Of a stretch of 64,000 bases of DNA, positions 38,773 through 51,845 are shown piece by piece. Numbering within the stretch: the first letter of the stretch is position 1; each line of letters begins with the position of its first letter. The notes beneath the pieces are model-generated. The model saw only the letters and a program-made list of their open reading frames with translations, was not told where the DNA came from and made no database searches. The stretch is from positions 17,112,001 through 17,176,000 of the forward strand of contig CATNEN010000038.1 in assembly GCA_950097015.1 (NCBI GenBank), written 5' to 3'. A program made the translations under genes and the position numbers. This DNA is from Macrostomum hystrix (lineage: Eukaryota; Animalia; Platyhelminthes).

Positions 38773-40980
38773 AAATTCCGCTACTAAAGCAACTCAACTT
38801 CCGTTACTAAAGCAACTCAACTTCCGTTACTGAAGCTACTCGTTACTCAAATTCCGTTACTAAAGCAACTCAACTTCCGTTACTAAAGCAACTCAACTTC
38901 CGTTACTGAAGCTACACGTTACTCAAAGTCCGTTACTAAAACAACTCAACTTCCGTTACTGAAGCTACTCGTTACTCAAATTCCGTTACTAAAGCAACTC
39001 AACTTTCGTTACTAAAGCAACTCAACTTCCGTTACTGAAGCTACTCGTTACTCAAATTCCGTTACTAAAGCTACTCAACTTTCGTTACTAAAGCAACTCA
39101 ACTTCCGTTACTAAAGCTACTCAACTTCCGTTACTGAAGCTACTCGTTAGTCAAAGTCCGTTACTAAAGCTACTCAACTTCCGTTACTAAAGCAACTCAA
39201 CTTCCGTTACTAAAGCAACTCAACTTCCGTTACTGAAGCTACTCAACTTCCGTTACTGAAGCTACTCAACTTCCGTTACTGAAGCTCCTCAACTTCCGTT
39301 ACTGAAGCTACTCAACTTCCGTTACTGAAGCTACTCAACTTCCGTTAATGAAGCTACTCAACTTCCGTTACTGAAGCTACTTAACTTCCGTTACTAAAGA
39401 TACTCAACTTCCGATACTAAAGCAACTCAACTTCCGTTACTAAAGCAACTCAACTTCCGTTACTAAAGCTACTCAACTTCCGTTACTGAAGCTACTCGTT
39501 ACTCAAATTCCGTTACTAAAGCTACTCAACTTCCGTTACTAAAGCAACTCAACTTCCGTTACTAAAGCAACTCAACTTCAGTTACTAAAGCTACTCAACT
39601 TCCGTTACTAAAGCAACTCAACTTCCGTTACTAAAGCAACTTAACTTCCGTTACTAAAGCTACTCAACTTCCGTTACTGAAGCTACTCGTTACTCAAATT
39701 CCGTTAGCAAAGCAACTCAACTTCCGTTACTAAAGCAACTCAACTTCCGTTACTAAAGCAACTTAACTTCCGTTACTAAAGCTACTCAACTTCCGTTACT
39801 GAAGTTACTCGTTACTCAAATTCCGTTAGCAAAGCAACTCAACTTCCGTTACTAAAGCAACTCAACTTCCGTTACTGAAGCAACTCAACTTCCGTTACTA
39901 AAGCTACTCAACTTCCGTTACTGAAGCTACTCGTTACTCAAAGTCCGGTACTAAAGCAACTCAACTTCCGTTACTGAAGCTACTCGTTACTCAAAGTCCG
40001 TTACTAAAGCTACTCAACTTCCGTTACTGAAGCTACTCGTTACTCAAATTCCTTTACTAAAGCTACTCAACTTCCGTTACTAAAGCAACTCAACTTCCGT
40101 TACTAAAGCTACTCAACTTCCGTTAATGAAGCTACTTAACTTCCGTTACTGAAGCTACTCAACTTCCGTTACTGAAGCTACTCAACTTCCGTTACGAAAG
40201 CAACTCAACTTTCGTTACTGGAGCTACTCAACTTCCGTTACTGAAGCTACTCAACTTCCGTTACTGAAGCTAGTCAACTTCCGTTAATGAAGCTACTCAA
40301 CTTCCGTTACTGAAGCTACTCAACTTCCGTTACTAAAGCTACTCAACTTCCGTTACTAAAGCAACTTAACTTCCGTTACTAAAGCAACTCAACTTCCGTT
40401 ACTAAAGCTACTCAACTTCCGTTACTGAAGCTACTCGTTACTCAAATTCCGTTACTAAAGCTACTCAACTTCCGTTACTAAAGCAACTCAACTTCCGTTA
40501 CTAAAGCAACTCAACTTCAGTTACTAAAGCAACTCAAATTCCGTTACTAAAGCTACTCAACTTCCGTTACTAAAGCAACTCAACTTCCGTTACTAAAGCA
40601 ACTCAACTTCAGTTACTAAAGCAACTCAAATTCCGTTACTAAAGCTACTCAACTTCAGTTACTAAAGCAACTCAACTTCCGTTACTAAAGCAACTCAACT
40701 TCCGTTACTAAAGCAACTCGACTTCCGTTACTGAAGCTACTCAAATTCCGTTACTAAAGCTACTCAACTTCCGTTACTAAAGCTACTCAAATTCCGTTAC
40801 TAAAGCTACTCAACTTCCGTTACTAAAGCTACTCAAATTCCGTTACTAAAGCAACTCAACTTCCGTTACTAAAGCTACTTAACTTCCACGCGTTACTAAA
40901 GCTACTCAACTTCCGTTACTAAAGCTACTCAACTTCCGTTACTAAAGTTACTTATTAACTTCCGTTAAAGTTACTTGTTA
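38773..40980. repeat. 23-bp minisatellite (CCGTTACTAAAGCAACTCAACTT)n
   Basis: Tandem array with longer variant units; decayed copies continue after the SINE (41259-41310). Confidence 0.95.
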
Positions 40981-41257
40981 GGCGGGTGAGCTGCAGTGTG
41001 ATCTAACGCGTTTGCCTCTCGCACCAAGGTCCCTGTGCTCGATTCCGCCACATTCATTTGGGGCGCAGCCGCGGAGAGAAGGCTTGGAGGTTTTTCGCGC
41101 AATTTACGCCCTTGAGGGCCAACCTCCTAGGCACAGTGAAAGTGTACCCTGACTGACGATGAGAAAGTCAGGGCAGATGTACACACCTGTGTGAGCTTGT
41201 GCCTGCGTACAGTATCTGTGTGCTTAGGAGTCAGCGAAAAGAGCAGAACTGCATCCT
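40981..41257 (+). mobile_element. tRNA-derived SINE, copy B, at the end of the 23-bp array
   Basis: CTAACGCGTTTGCCTCTCGCACCAAGGTCCCTGTGCTCGATTCCG...GGGCGCAGCCGCGGAGAGAAGG matches the other copies. Confidence 0.8.
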
Positions 41258-42153
41258 CTCGTTACTAAAGCCATTTTAACCTCCGTTAAAAATACTACTC
41301 AAATTTGTTAATACAGCTTTTAGTTTTTTAAGCCATGGCATTGACATCGGTGCATGGACATTGACATTGTCCATCATTAAAGTTCAGTTAGTACAAACCT
41401 CAAAGTCAATCATTTTTTTCCCAACTCAAAGTAAAATACAGCGAGGAATTATCGCATCCCCTAACGACTAAAATAGAGGAAAAGACTGCGCAGGGTCGCT
41501 CTCCGGCCTAACCTCGACGCAACCAAAAACTAGTCATGCGTTCAGGTAGAAATGAAAGACGGCTGACAACAAAAAGGATCGCAAGCAATTAGCGACTCAA
41601 TCCGCCCCTCTTTGCTGCAGCACCGTCTCTCGTTAGAGTAGAACAAGCAGCTTTCTGATGCCCGGGTCTCGCATGCCATCGGGTCTCTTCCTAGCTCTTG
41701 TCTAGGAAGGATTTCATGCGCGGCTAAGCTGAAAAGCATTGCGATGCTAATTCTTCAGGTAAAGCGACTCTGTGTGATGCTCGGCGAAACAGCCCGAACC
41801 TCTGAGCTCTGGAGACACGAGATCTAGCAAACAGTTTTCCCTAGTCTCCCTGTCTCTGTATGTGCCTTCATCATTTAATCCGAGGATGCGAATTGGGAAC
41901 TTTGTTCCCTGCCATAAGTTTCTAGGGGAAAAAAACTGACTGTCTGTGGGATTTCTGAATAACTTTGTATGCATACAATTTTGTCTTTCCTTTCTTTGCG
42001 GACACTGCGGACTTCAGATACACTGAAGTTTTATACTCTCAGCGAGGATAATTTAAGGAAGTTTTGTTTTTGTTCTCCTGTAAAATTCTCAAAAATGTCT
42101 AGTTTTAAATAGTAGAGCTTCTCTTCTGAAACCGACTACAAAAATTAAAAGTG

Positions 42154-43095
42154 AAGCTATCCTCAAGCTATCCTCAAGCTATCCTCAAGCTATCCTCAAG
42201 CTATCCTCAAGCTATCCTCAAGCTATCCTCAAGCTATCCTCAAGCTATCCTCAAGCTATCCTCAAGCTATCCTCAAGCTATCCTCAAGCTATCCTCAAGC
42301 TATCCTCAAGCTATCCTCAAGCTATCCTCAAGCTATCCTCAAGCTATCCTCAAGCTATCCTCAAGCTATCCTGATGCTATATCCTGAAGCTATCCTGATG
42401 CTATATCCTGAAGCTATCCTGATGCTATATCCTGAAGCTATCCTAAATTTATACCAAAGCTATATTGAAGCTATCCCTGAAATTATACTTGTACCCAAGC
42501 TATCCTGAAGCTAACTTGAAGCTATCCTGAAGCTATCCTGAAGATATCCTGAAGCCATCCCGAAGCAATCCCAAAGCTACCCTGAAGCAATCCTAAAGCC
42601 ATCCCGAAGCAATCCCAAAGCCACCCTGAAGCAATCCCAAAGCCATCCCGAAACAATCCCAAAGCCATCCCGAAGCAATCCCAAAGCCACCCTGAAGCAA
42701 TCCCAAAGCCACCCTGAAGCAATCCCAAAGCCATCCCGAAACAATCCCAAAGCTACCCTGAAGCAATCCCAAAGCCATCCCGAAGCAATCCCAAAGCTAC
42801 CCTGAAGCAATCCCAAAGCCATCCCGAAGCAATCCCAAAGCCATCCCGAAGCAATCCCAAAGCCATCCCGAAGCAATCCCAAAGCCACCCTGAAGCAATC
42901 CCAAGGCCACCCTGAAGCAATCCCAAAGCCACCCTGAAGCAATCCCAAAGCCATCCCGAAGCAATCCCAAAGCCATCCCGAAGCAATCCCAAAGCCATCC
43001 CGAAGCAATCCCAAAGCCACCCTGAAGCAATCCCAAAGCCATCCCGAAGCAATCCCAAAGCTACCCTGAAGCAATCCCAAAGCCACCCTGAAGCG
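42154..43095. repeat. 11-bp array (AAGCTATCCTC)n grading into a 22-bp dimer (AAGCAATCCCAAAGCCATCCCG)n
   Basis: Perfect 11-mer at 42154-42372, degenerate transition, then 22-mer at ~42550-43095. Confidence 0.93.
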
Positions 43096-43697
43096 ATTCT
43101 CACGCTATATTGAAAATGCTCCCTGCCAACAGTCTAAGCTGATGTGCACCTTCAAGCGAGTGCTTGCAACCTCAGTCGGCCTTGTTCCTAGCCTTGCAGA
43201 TCGCTGAAACGTGAAACTCTAATTAATTGATTAAATTCTGACTGGATTAAATAAAACAATGCGCAATTTGCAGACTGAACAGGGACACAAAAGATAATAG
43301 AAAATACAACAAGAGGCGATTTAGGAAATTAGTCACGAAGCGAAGAGAGACAAGGGATTTTTCTATTATTTTCCTAAGCTGGTCAAGCCAGGGTCAACAG
43401 AATTGAGTTTGCTCAAGCAAGAAAATAGGGAATAGCGGAGCAGCTATTGACTAGCCGCCTGTGATTAAAACCGACAATCAGTAGTGTCAAAGGCGCTTTG
43501 CGAGCACAAAGGAATGGCGGGCAGGTGGAAAATTGATTCCTTTTCCTAGCGTAGGGATTTGGCTTGCAGATTTTCTGAGAACACTGATGGACTATTCTGC
43601 GATTCAGATGCAATCAGAAGAAGAAATACTCAGAAAGATACTTACCTGGAGAGTAACCGGTTTGTCTAATAAAACCTGAGATTAAGACCCTAAACTA

Positions 43698-44208
43698 ACC
43701 TGTTAGATAGGAGAGTCACCTGTTAGATAGGAGAGTCACCTGTTAGATAGGAGAGTCACCTGTTAAATAGAAGAGTCACCTGTTAGGCTGTTAGATAGGA
43801 GAGTCACCTGTTAGATAGGAGAGTCACCTGTAAGATAGGAGAGTCACCTGTTAGATAGAAGAGTCACCTGTTAGATAGGAGAGTCACCTGTTAGATAGGA
43901 GAGTCACCTGTTAGACAGGAGAGTCTCCTGTTAGATAGGAGAGTCACCTGTTAGATAGGAGAGTCTCCTGTTAGATAGGAGAGTCACCTGTTAGATAGGA
44001 GAGTCTCCTGTTAGATAGGAGAGTCACCTGTTAGATAGGAGAGTCACCTGTTAGATAGGAGAGTCACCTGTTAGATAGGAGAGTCTCCTGTTAGATAGGA
44101 GAGTCACCTGTTAGATAGGAGAGTCTCCTGTTAGATAGGAGAGTCACCTGTTAGATAGGAGAGTCTCCTGTTAGATAGGAGAGTCTCCTGTTAGATAGGA
44201 GAGTCTCG
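43698..44208. repeat. 20-bp minisatellite (CCTGTTAGATAGGAGAGTCA)n
   Basis: Near-perfect tandem copies. Confidence 0.95.
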
Positions 44209-45355
44209 TGTTCTCACGTGTTCAGGTGTCCTCAACGTGCTCTCAACTTAATCTAGCGCGCTTTAAGTTACATCGTCTTTGTTTGAGCTGGCTAAGTGCT
44301 AAAAAATGGATTCCATTTTGTCGTGTTTTACGAGTTTCTTTAACTATTATCAAAGGATAGCGATTTAATTCCGCCCAATCCATTAATTTCTCGCCTCGCG
44401 CTTTGTCCATTCAGTCTATATTTAATAGTTGCCAACGATCAGGTACACACATCCTTCTTATTTCCTTCTTATGACTTTCCATTACCCAGAAATTGTTCAG
44501 CTGTCAAACTTTTATTCATTTATACGTATGAACTTATGACGTATATGTACGTATGAACTTGCATATAAAATATTGTATGTAACTAATTAATTAAAATCGC
44601 ATAATTAAGTGTTCTAAAAGGTAGGGAAATTCACTAAACTAATACCTTTCTGGTATTAAAACTTAATTAAAATATAAGAGGATGAACACAAAATTTTAGT
44701 CCTTAAGTAGAGGGAATCATGATTGATTAAATGCAATTTTTTTTGACAAATACTCGTATATGTCTAAGAGTACGCGTAACTTTTTTGGTCGCAAAGGGGG
44801 GGGCGTTTTTGCTAGTCAATGCTACTATTTTTTTCATTTAAAACTAATGCAGCAACTTTAATGGCTTGACAATTCCAGTAAATTTACACAATTGTAAAAC
44901 TTTTTAAAAATCAAATTTGGAAGAAAGGACTAAAGAGGGGTTGAGAATCTAGAATCAGGAGTGGAACTCTCACTCTCTAGTTCAAGTGCTCGGGTGCGTT
45001 CACGGGCACGGCGCGATTAAAATACCCAGCAAGAGCACTACTCCTCTACCTGCCACGCAATCCTGACACATTAGGGAAGAAAAAATTACCCCCCAGCTTC
45101 TGCAGTCGAGGAAATCCCAATTCTGGTCACATTTGGCTCCGCCCAAGACCCAGCCAAACCTGCCATACCTAAGAAGGCCACTCGACTTCCGGTGGTTTAG
45201 ATGAGGCAGTTAGAAGTGGGTACCATCGACACCAGCTAGAGCTCCTCAGGGCGTTGAAGCGAGAGAGTGAGAAACCTGGAAAAGTACACGAGAAACGAAT
45301 GGAACTAAACTGTCAGAGATTTATAGACTCGGCTTGATAATTTTTTTCTTTGCAG

Positions 45356-48300
45356 GACGCATCCTATCGCAGGGCCAGCGCGGCATTTGCTATCGGCGCA
45401 CTGGCTGATGGAGTTGGACTTCTGCACACGCAGCAGCAGCAGCAACAGCAGGTACTTCTTTACCACAATTGCCGTCAGCAGCAGCAGCAGCAGCCCTTTA
45501 GCCTGCCAGCCAGTCCCCTGTTGGGTTTCGGTGACGGCCGAAGACGAAGGGTAAAAATGGATGCTCTACTAATGAAACTTTACTTGGATTGCTAGTCTAT
45601 TGCAATCGATGAAGGATTATAATGGATTGCTAGTCTATTGCAATCGATGAAGGATTAGAATGGATTGCTAGTCTATTGCAATCGATGAAGGATTATAATG
45701 GATTGCTAGTCTATTGCAATCGATGAAGGATTAGAATGGATTGCTAGTCTATTGCAATCGATGAAGGATTAGAATGGATTGCTAGTCTATTGCAATCGAT
45801 GAAGGATTAGAATGGATTGCTAGTCTATTGCAATCGATGAAGGATTAGAATGGATTGCTAGTCTATTGCAATGGGTGAAGGATTAGAATGGATTGCTAGT
45901 CTATTGCTATGGGTAAAGGACTAGAATGGATTGCTAGTCTATTGCCATGGGAGGCAACAGAGCGGAATCCTTCGAATAACACCGTCAGCAGCAGTCGGGA
46001 AGTCAGCTGGAGTCAATATCAAGCAGTTACCAGCCGCTGCAGTCGCCGTGCCCGATGAGCAGCTCATCCCAAGCTGCCCGCCAGCAGTTCGGCAGTCTGG
46101 GCAATGTGGCCACACTGGGAGTCGCATCTGAAGCTGCCTACGGTGCCGCGTCTTCGTCGAAGCTCTCGGACAGCGCCGGGAAGCCTCGCAGATCTTCGGG
46201 CCTGCAGGGCCTCTTCACGTTGAGACGAATTCGGAGCGCGAAATCCGTGTCCTCAGGTCAGCGAGCAGCTTGTCTCAATCTGGCTTCGCTCATTCTATCA
46301 GGATTCTACCCAACCTTTTTCTCCCATCACTTTAGGACATTCCCATCCCCTCAGGGCTCTACCTTCCCCTCAGGGCTCCACCATCCCCTCAGGGCTCCAT
46401 CATCCCCTCAGGGCTCTACCTTTCCCTCAGGGCTCCACCATCTCTTCAGGACTCTACCATCCCCTCAGGACTCCAACATCCCCTCAGGACTCCACCTCTG
46501 GACTCTGACCTTCCCCTCAGGAACTCCCATCCCGATGGGAGTTTTCCCGACATGTCTTCTCCCATTCCCATCTCCATAGGGTAAACACTAAAAAGCGCTC
46601 TAACTATTCCGTCTTTGAGCAGGTCCGGCCTTTCTAATATTTCGCGATCAAGTCCGCCGTGTCCAGTTGCCAGCTAAACTGGCCTCAATGGACTCTGTTC
46701 AAGAGCTGTTCTGCCGCGCCTTCGCCCAGTGGATAACGCCGGATTGGTTCAAAGAGAATCCCCTGCGAAGGATCTACGTGCAGGACAGGAACTGCAGGCA
46801 GCTGTTCTACGAGCTGGAGGATGTCAGGTTCATAAATCTACTTAGAACACAACCGCCCCTAGAGTCATTTCCACTTTATAGGTGACAATTCTGCCCATTT
46901 CTCTGACTCCTGAGCACACACGCACACAGTTACTGTACGCAGGCACACGCTCACACAGGTGTGTACATCTGCCCTGACTTTCTCATCGTCAGGCAGTGTA
47001 CACTTCACTGTGCTTTGGAGGTTGGCCCTCAAGGGCGTAAATTGCACCACAAGTCACCAAACCTTCTCTCCGCGGCTGCGCCCCAAATAAATGTGGCCTC
47101 GCCGCGGAATCGAGCTCAGGGACCTTGGTGCGAGAGGCAAGCGCGTTAACTTCTGTGTGTCACTCACCCCTATCATTTCTCCTTGCTGTTACCTTTATTT
47201 ATGCATCTAAAAAGTTAACTTTTTAACAATTTATTTATACCCAGAGACGTCAAGCCAAACTGCCTGCTAAAGATACAGGAACCGCAGCAGCAGCAGCAGT
47301 CGCCAGTGTTAAAAATAAAAGGTGTCCAACCATTGACGGCTGTGACAGCCGGCATTTGCACCGCCTCGGGCAATTGTCATGGCTACCAGATGGCAGCGGC
47401 TGATAGGATGCATCAAAACCATTTGCTGCTGCAGCAGCAGCAGCAGCAGCAGCATTTGGAGCAGCAGAGTAGGCTACTGCATCTTCAGCAACAGCATCAT
47501 TTTCACTATCAGCAGCCGCAGCAAACAATTCAGATGCAACATCCACACCTGAGGCAAACTGCTTCGATTTGCACCTGTCAACTAACTGGAACTACTTGCT
47601 CCTCGGAGATTTGTGAGTTTATCATTTTTCCACTGATGCTAGCAAGCAGTGATTTTTTTCATATTAAAGACTTCTCTAGAAACTTGATATTAACCCGGCA
47701 CCTGACAGTGCCTCCCTAATTATCTTACATCCGACTGTAACTACAAGTACCATATTATTTTCACAGGCGAAAATCTGCAACAGCAGCAGCAGCAGCAACA
47801 GAATTGGCTGCACTTACAACTAATACAGCAGCAGCAACAGCAGCAGCAGCAGCAGCAGAAGCAGCAACAGCAGCAGCAGCAGCAATGGGCACAGCCGCAG
47901 AGTCTCAACTGGAGCCAGACTCTAGACAGTACTATCTGCAGCAGCCAAGTGAGGGAGCTCTGTAAGGAGTCAGGCCATCTTTGTCAGCATCATTTGCGCT
48001 TCCAGCAGATGCAGAAGCAGCAGCAGCAGCAGAAGCAGCAGCAGAAGCAGCATCAGCAGCAGGAGCAGCAGCAGCAGCAGCAGAAGCAGCAGCAAAGACA
48101 AGCAGCTTCCTGTTGTCCAGCTGACTCGGAGTCTAGCGGCGACAGGCAGCAGAGGCCGGTGCCAGCTGACTACGGCGGAGTCAACAGTAGCGCAGCGACC
48201 AGCGAGACCAGTCAGGACAGCGCGTTCTCAAACAAGAGCGGTGAGAATTTGGTCTCATGAATAGCCTCATTGTGGTCTAGATAAGACCGCAGGATTTTTG

Positions 48301-50414
48301 TAGCTCAACATAGAAAAAATTTCTCCCTAAAATACGATTTGCTTCAGCAGCATCTTCCACAGCTTTCATTAAGCAGCCAACAATGTTGAAACAGTCGGGA
48401 AATGCAACGGAAGAAAATAGCGGCGATCAACTTCAGGTAAATTAAGGTCCTTATGAAAATATTTATTACTTCCTGACGCTTTACTAAAGAACTTTATTTG
48501 CACCTCCCCAGACTATTGACTTAAGCGCCGCTATCTCAACCATCGTTGGAGACGTTGATGCAAACCAAGAACTGCAGGCCATGGATGCAGCTTATCGAGA
48601 GTTTTGCGATCGCCAGACAGAGATTTGCAGCCTAATCGGTAGTCTGGAGTCCGCTCTGTCCCAGGGCAGCGGTGGGTGCAGCCAGTCTTCGATTGACGAG
48701 TTCGTGGACAGCGCCGAGAGGCGGCTAAAGATTCTCGTGGCTATGCTGGCCGACCAGGAGGTTCAGGCGGCTCAGCGGATTGATAGGCCAGTAGCAGAGT
48801 CGGTTGCTAAGCGACGAAGACACATCGAAGATTGCAACAGGTTGCTGCCCTTTAAGTTCGGGGGTCGGTGGCAGAGCGGTCTAACGCGTTTGCCTCTCGC
48901 ACCAAGGTCCCTGAGCTCGATTCCGCGGCGAGGCCACTTTCATTTGGGGCGCAGCCACGGAGAGAAGGCTTGGGGGCTTGTCTAGAGGGACAACCTTTAA
49001 GGCACAGTGAGAGTGTACACTGCCTGACGATGAGAATTAAAAGTCAGGACAGGTGTACACACCCTGTGGGAGCGTGTGCCCGCGTACGGTATCTGAGCAC
49101 TTGTGTGCTCAGGAGTCTGCGATATAGCGAAATATTAATATGCTTTATATTAGCTTTCATAAATGTGCTGCCGCATGAAAAATGCATGTATTAGCAACAT
49201 ACGCTGACTTTGTTCTCATAAGCATCAATATAAACAAAGAAACAAAGACACAAAGACGCAACTGTAAATAAAAAACCCACAGGCTCGTGTCCGCTGTACG
49301 CCAGTCTCTGTCAGAATCTAAGCGCCGTTGCGACAGTTTGGCCCTTTCAGTCCAACGACTATTCAGGTGAGTTCAGAGTTGAAAGTTCACTAGTGTAAGT
49401 TTCTCGGTTCTAATGGCAATAATAGTCATAGACACATAAACGGATAGGCCCTTTGATATGCTTCCAAGCCTTCTATCTCAAGCTACATCGTCAATGATAA
49501 TACTTAAGTAGAGCTGAGACCTAACAAAGGGTAACCAGGTCATATACTCGAATTTTTAATTTACAGAAGTGACACAGGTACTGGAAAGTCTTTCACCGAC
49601 GATGAATTTAAATCGCAACCGGCAGTGTCGGAATCGAATCCGCCAGACACGTCTCAACCTGTTAAAGCTGAAACTACGTCGCTTCAAGCTGAGACAAACG
49701 GATTGGTGCAACTGGAAGCGAATGCTGCTGGTTCGAGGACGCTGTTTGAAATACAAGAAGAGCGAACAGGTGCATCTGCGGTGAGTAGCAAATTTTTTAA
49801 CGGTTGTAAAGTTTATTTTACTCTAAAAGTTTATTTTAGTTTCTAGCTGTGCCAAAAAATCTGTGCCATTTCTTCAGACGTCCGCAGTTCCAAATGTTAC
49901 GAAGCCAACACAGCCAAGTGCAGTGCCGCCTCCAGCTCCGACAGTAGTCCCGCAGTTACCAATGATCAGAAGCCGCGGCTGTGGTGGTGGCCGACGTCGC
50001 AGCAGCAATTCAACTTCATCAACAACGAAGACTGCGGTGGCTCAGGCATCGAACGAGCGTTCGCCAAGTCACAAGGTGGTTTTCAGTGACCTGGTGACCG
50101 CAAGCGACGGAACGACAACCGCTTCGTCTGGAGCTTCAACACCAGTCTCCGGTGCAGGAGCTTCAGGCTCATCGACGCATCAACAGCAGTGGCCGAGAAG
50201 GCAAAGCACTGGAGTGCCGGCAATTGCGTCTACCGACGGAAAGGTGAACACTGGTAGGCGGCAGCAGCAGCAACAGCAACAGCAACAGCCGGAAGTTGTG
50301 GTCTGGGAACGTCAAAATGCGTTCAACACCCCGGCATTGGCAGCTGCAATCATCAGCGAATATCGACAAAAGAGGTCGGCTGTGACCTCCAGCGGAAGAA
50401 ACACAGAGGCGTGA
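45356..50414 (+). CDS. AIP3-domain coiled-coil protein, SRCIN1(p140Cap)/KIAA1217(sickle tail)-like; 5' end not located
   Basis: Phase-consistent GT-AG exons: 45356-45550, ~45989-46256, 46623-46827, 47245-47612, 47767-48240, ~48351-48436, 48512-48840, 49283-49366, 49567-49780, 49878-50414. Exons 3-4 give GPAFLIFRDQVRRVQLPAKLASMDSVQELFCRAF...IYVQD...FYELEDVRDVKPNCLLKI, matching the recalled SRCIN1/KIAA1217 domain; a coiled coil follows in exons 7-8. Confidence 0.8.
45586..45947. repeat. 38-bp intronic minisatellite (GGATTGCTAGTCTATTGCAATCGATGAAGGATTAGAAT)n
   Basis: About 9 tandem copies filling the intron. Confidence 0.93.
46340..46522. repeat. Degenerate ~19-bp intronic repeat (CCATCCCCTCAGGGCTCCA)n
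   Basis: Recurring CCCCTCAGG. Confidence 0.75.
46884..47170 (-). mobile_element. tRNA-derived SINE, copy C (intronic)
   Basis: Colinear match to 34790-35040. Confidence 0.8.
48860..49117 (+). mobile_element. tRNA-derived SINE, copy D (intronic, clearest head)
   Basis: GGGGGTCGGTGGCAGAGCGGTCTAACGCGTTTGCCTCTCGCACCAAGGTCCCTGAGCTCGATTCCGCGGCGAGGCCA: A-box-like TGGCAGAGCGG and B-box-like CTCGATTCC. Confidence 0.82.
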
Positions 50415-51260
50415 TCATAGAACCTTATATTGCACTACCATCTATTGCACTAGACATTTCTTCTATATATATTTATTTATTTAAATAGGAGCTATCGTAT
50501 TTTCATTGACATGTTTCTTTTTTATGCAAAAATAAATCTAATTTTGGATTTTATTTGGAATCACTAACTCTCAGTTTTAAGAAAGCTTTTTCCTTGACAA
50601 TAAACACTTAACTTGCGAAAAATGAAGTTATACGGGCGTATATAGCATTTAGTTATAGATGACTAGATTTGGTCTATTGTAAAAAATCATACAATCTCAC
50701 TATGTAGACAGACTCAGGCTAGCCGCGTATTTCCTCATCAACCCATAGAAAATCGTCCACTTCCTCCACTTTCTGCACTTTTCTGCTTCTAGCCGTCATT
50801 TCCAAGATAGTTTGATAATTATCTACTAAATTTGATTTCCTTGTTCCAATCGGTGGCTGAGCTCGTCGAAGCGCCATCAAATCAATTTAGTGCAGAGTTT
50901 TCGTATTGAAGTACGTAACTAATTTCTGCAAAATCAATGCCTCGTTCGACTTCTCTGATCTTAATGAGGCAAGGATCGATGCAGATTAGCTGGTATGTAC
51001 AATGAATTCAACCGTTTCATTTAAATAAATAACTTATTTCGTATTACATCAGCGCATACGTCATGGCATCGAGGAAGGAATAGAATAACGGTTAGCGAAC
51101 CTACCTAAGAGCGCGCTATTTTGGCTGCTAGTCATGTTAGTGCCTCTGGCGTTTAAAAACCAATGGAATGGAACTTTACCGGTTGGGTGCCGAGCAAGTA
51201 AATGGCGGTCGATCGAGGCGCGTAGCGCCGAGATCGTAATCGCCATTAACTGCGAGGCAG

Positions 51261-51412
51261 CCAACCGGTAAAAGCATTATAAGGCTTCAGGCCATAGACA
51301 AATCAACTCCCCCTATAACGCTATCTGGCGGCTGTCGGTCGACAAGCAACGGCGTTATAGGGGGAGTTGATTTGTCTATGGCCTGAAGCCTTATAATGCT
51401 TTTACCGGTTGG
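51261..51412. repeat. Perfect 61-bp inverted repeat with a 30-bp spacer (MITE-like or hairpin)
   Basis: 51261-51321 is the exact reverse complement of 51352-51412. Confidence 0.92.
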
Positions 51413-51845
51413 TAAAATACTTTAATTGATAATTAAAAGAAACAAATATAAGCGTCCAAATTTTGTCAGCTTCTGGCTCATGGCGGATTGGCGCAGTTTG
51501 TGCCATAGACATGCCACTATCGCTGAGTGATCGTTTATACCATAATACGTTGCTGAAGCCTTATAATGGAACGGGATGACGGTATGCAACGACCAAATTA
51601 GAATTAATGAAACTAAATTATTATTCCTTATTTCATGACTAGCATCAACTCGAGCTCAACGAATATCTGTGGCTAAAACTGTTCCATCAATAAATGCATG
51701 CTCATTTAGCTAGTATATTATACACAGTGACTCAAAACAAAAATGGTCAAAAGCACCATGAATTCAGTCATGGAGCACTACCAGCAGCACTGATCTGCCA
51801 TCCGCAACTAGTAACAAATTAACAATTCCGTTAAAAATCTGCTAT

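Noticed and set aside
48860-48936. tRNA gene at the SINE head
   Set aside because: Stems pair poorly and the sequence continues into a repeated SINE body.
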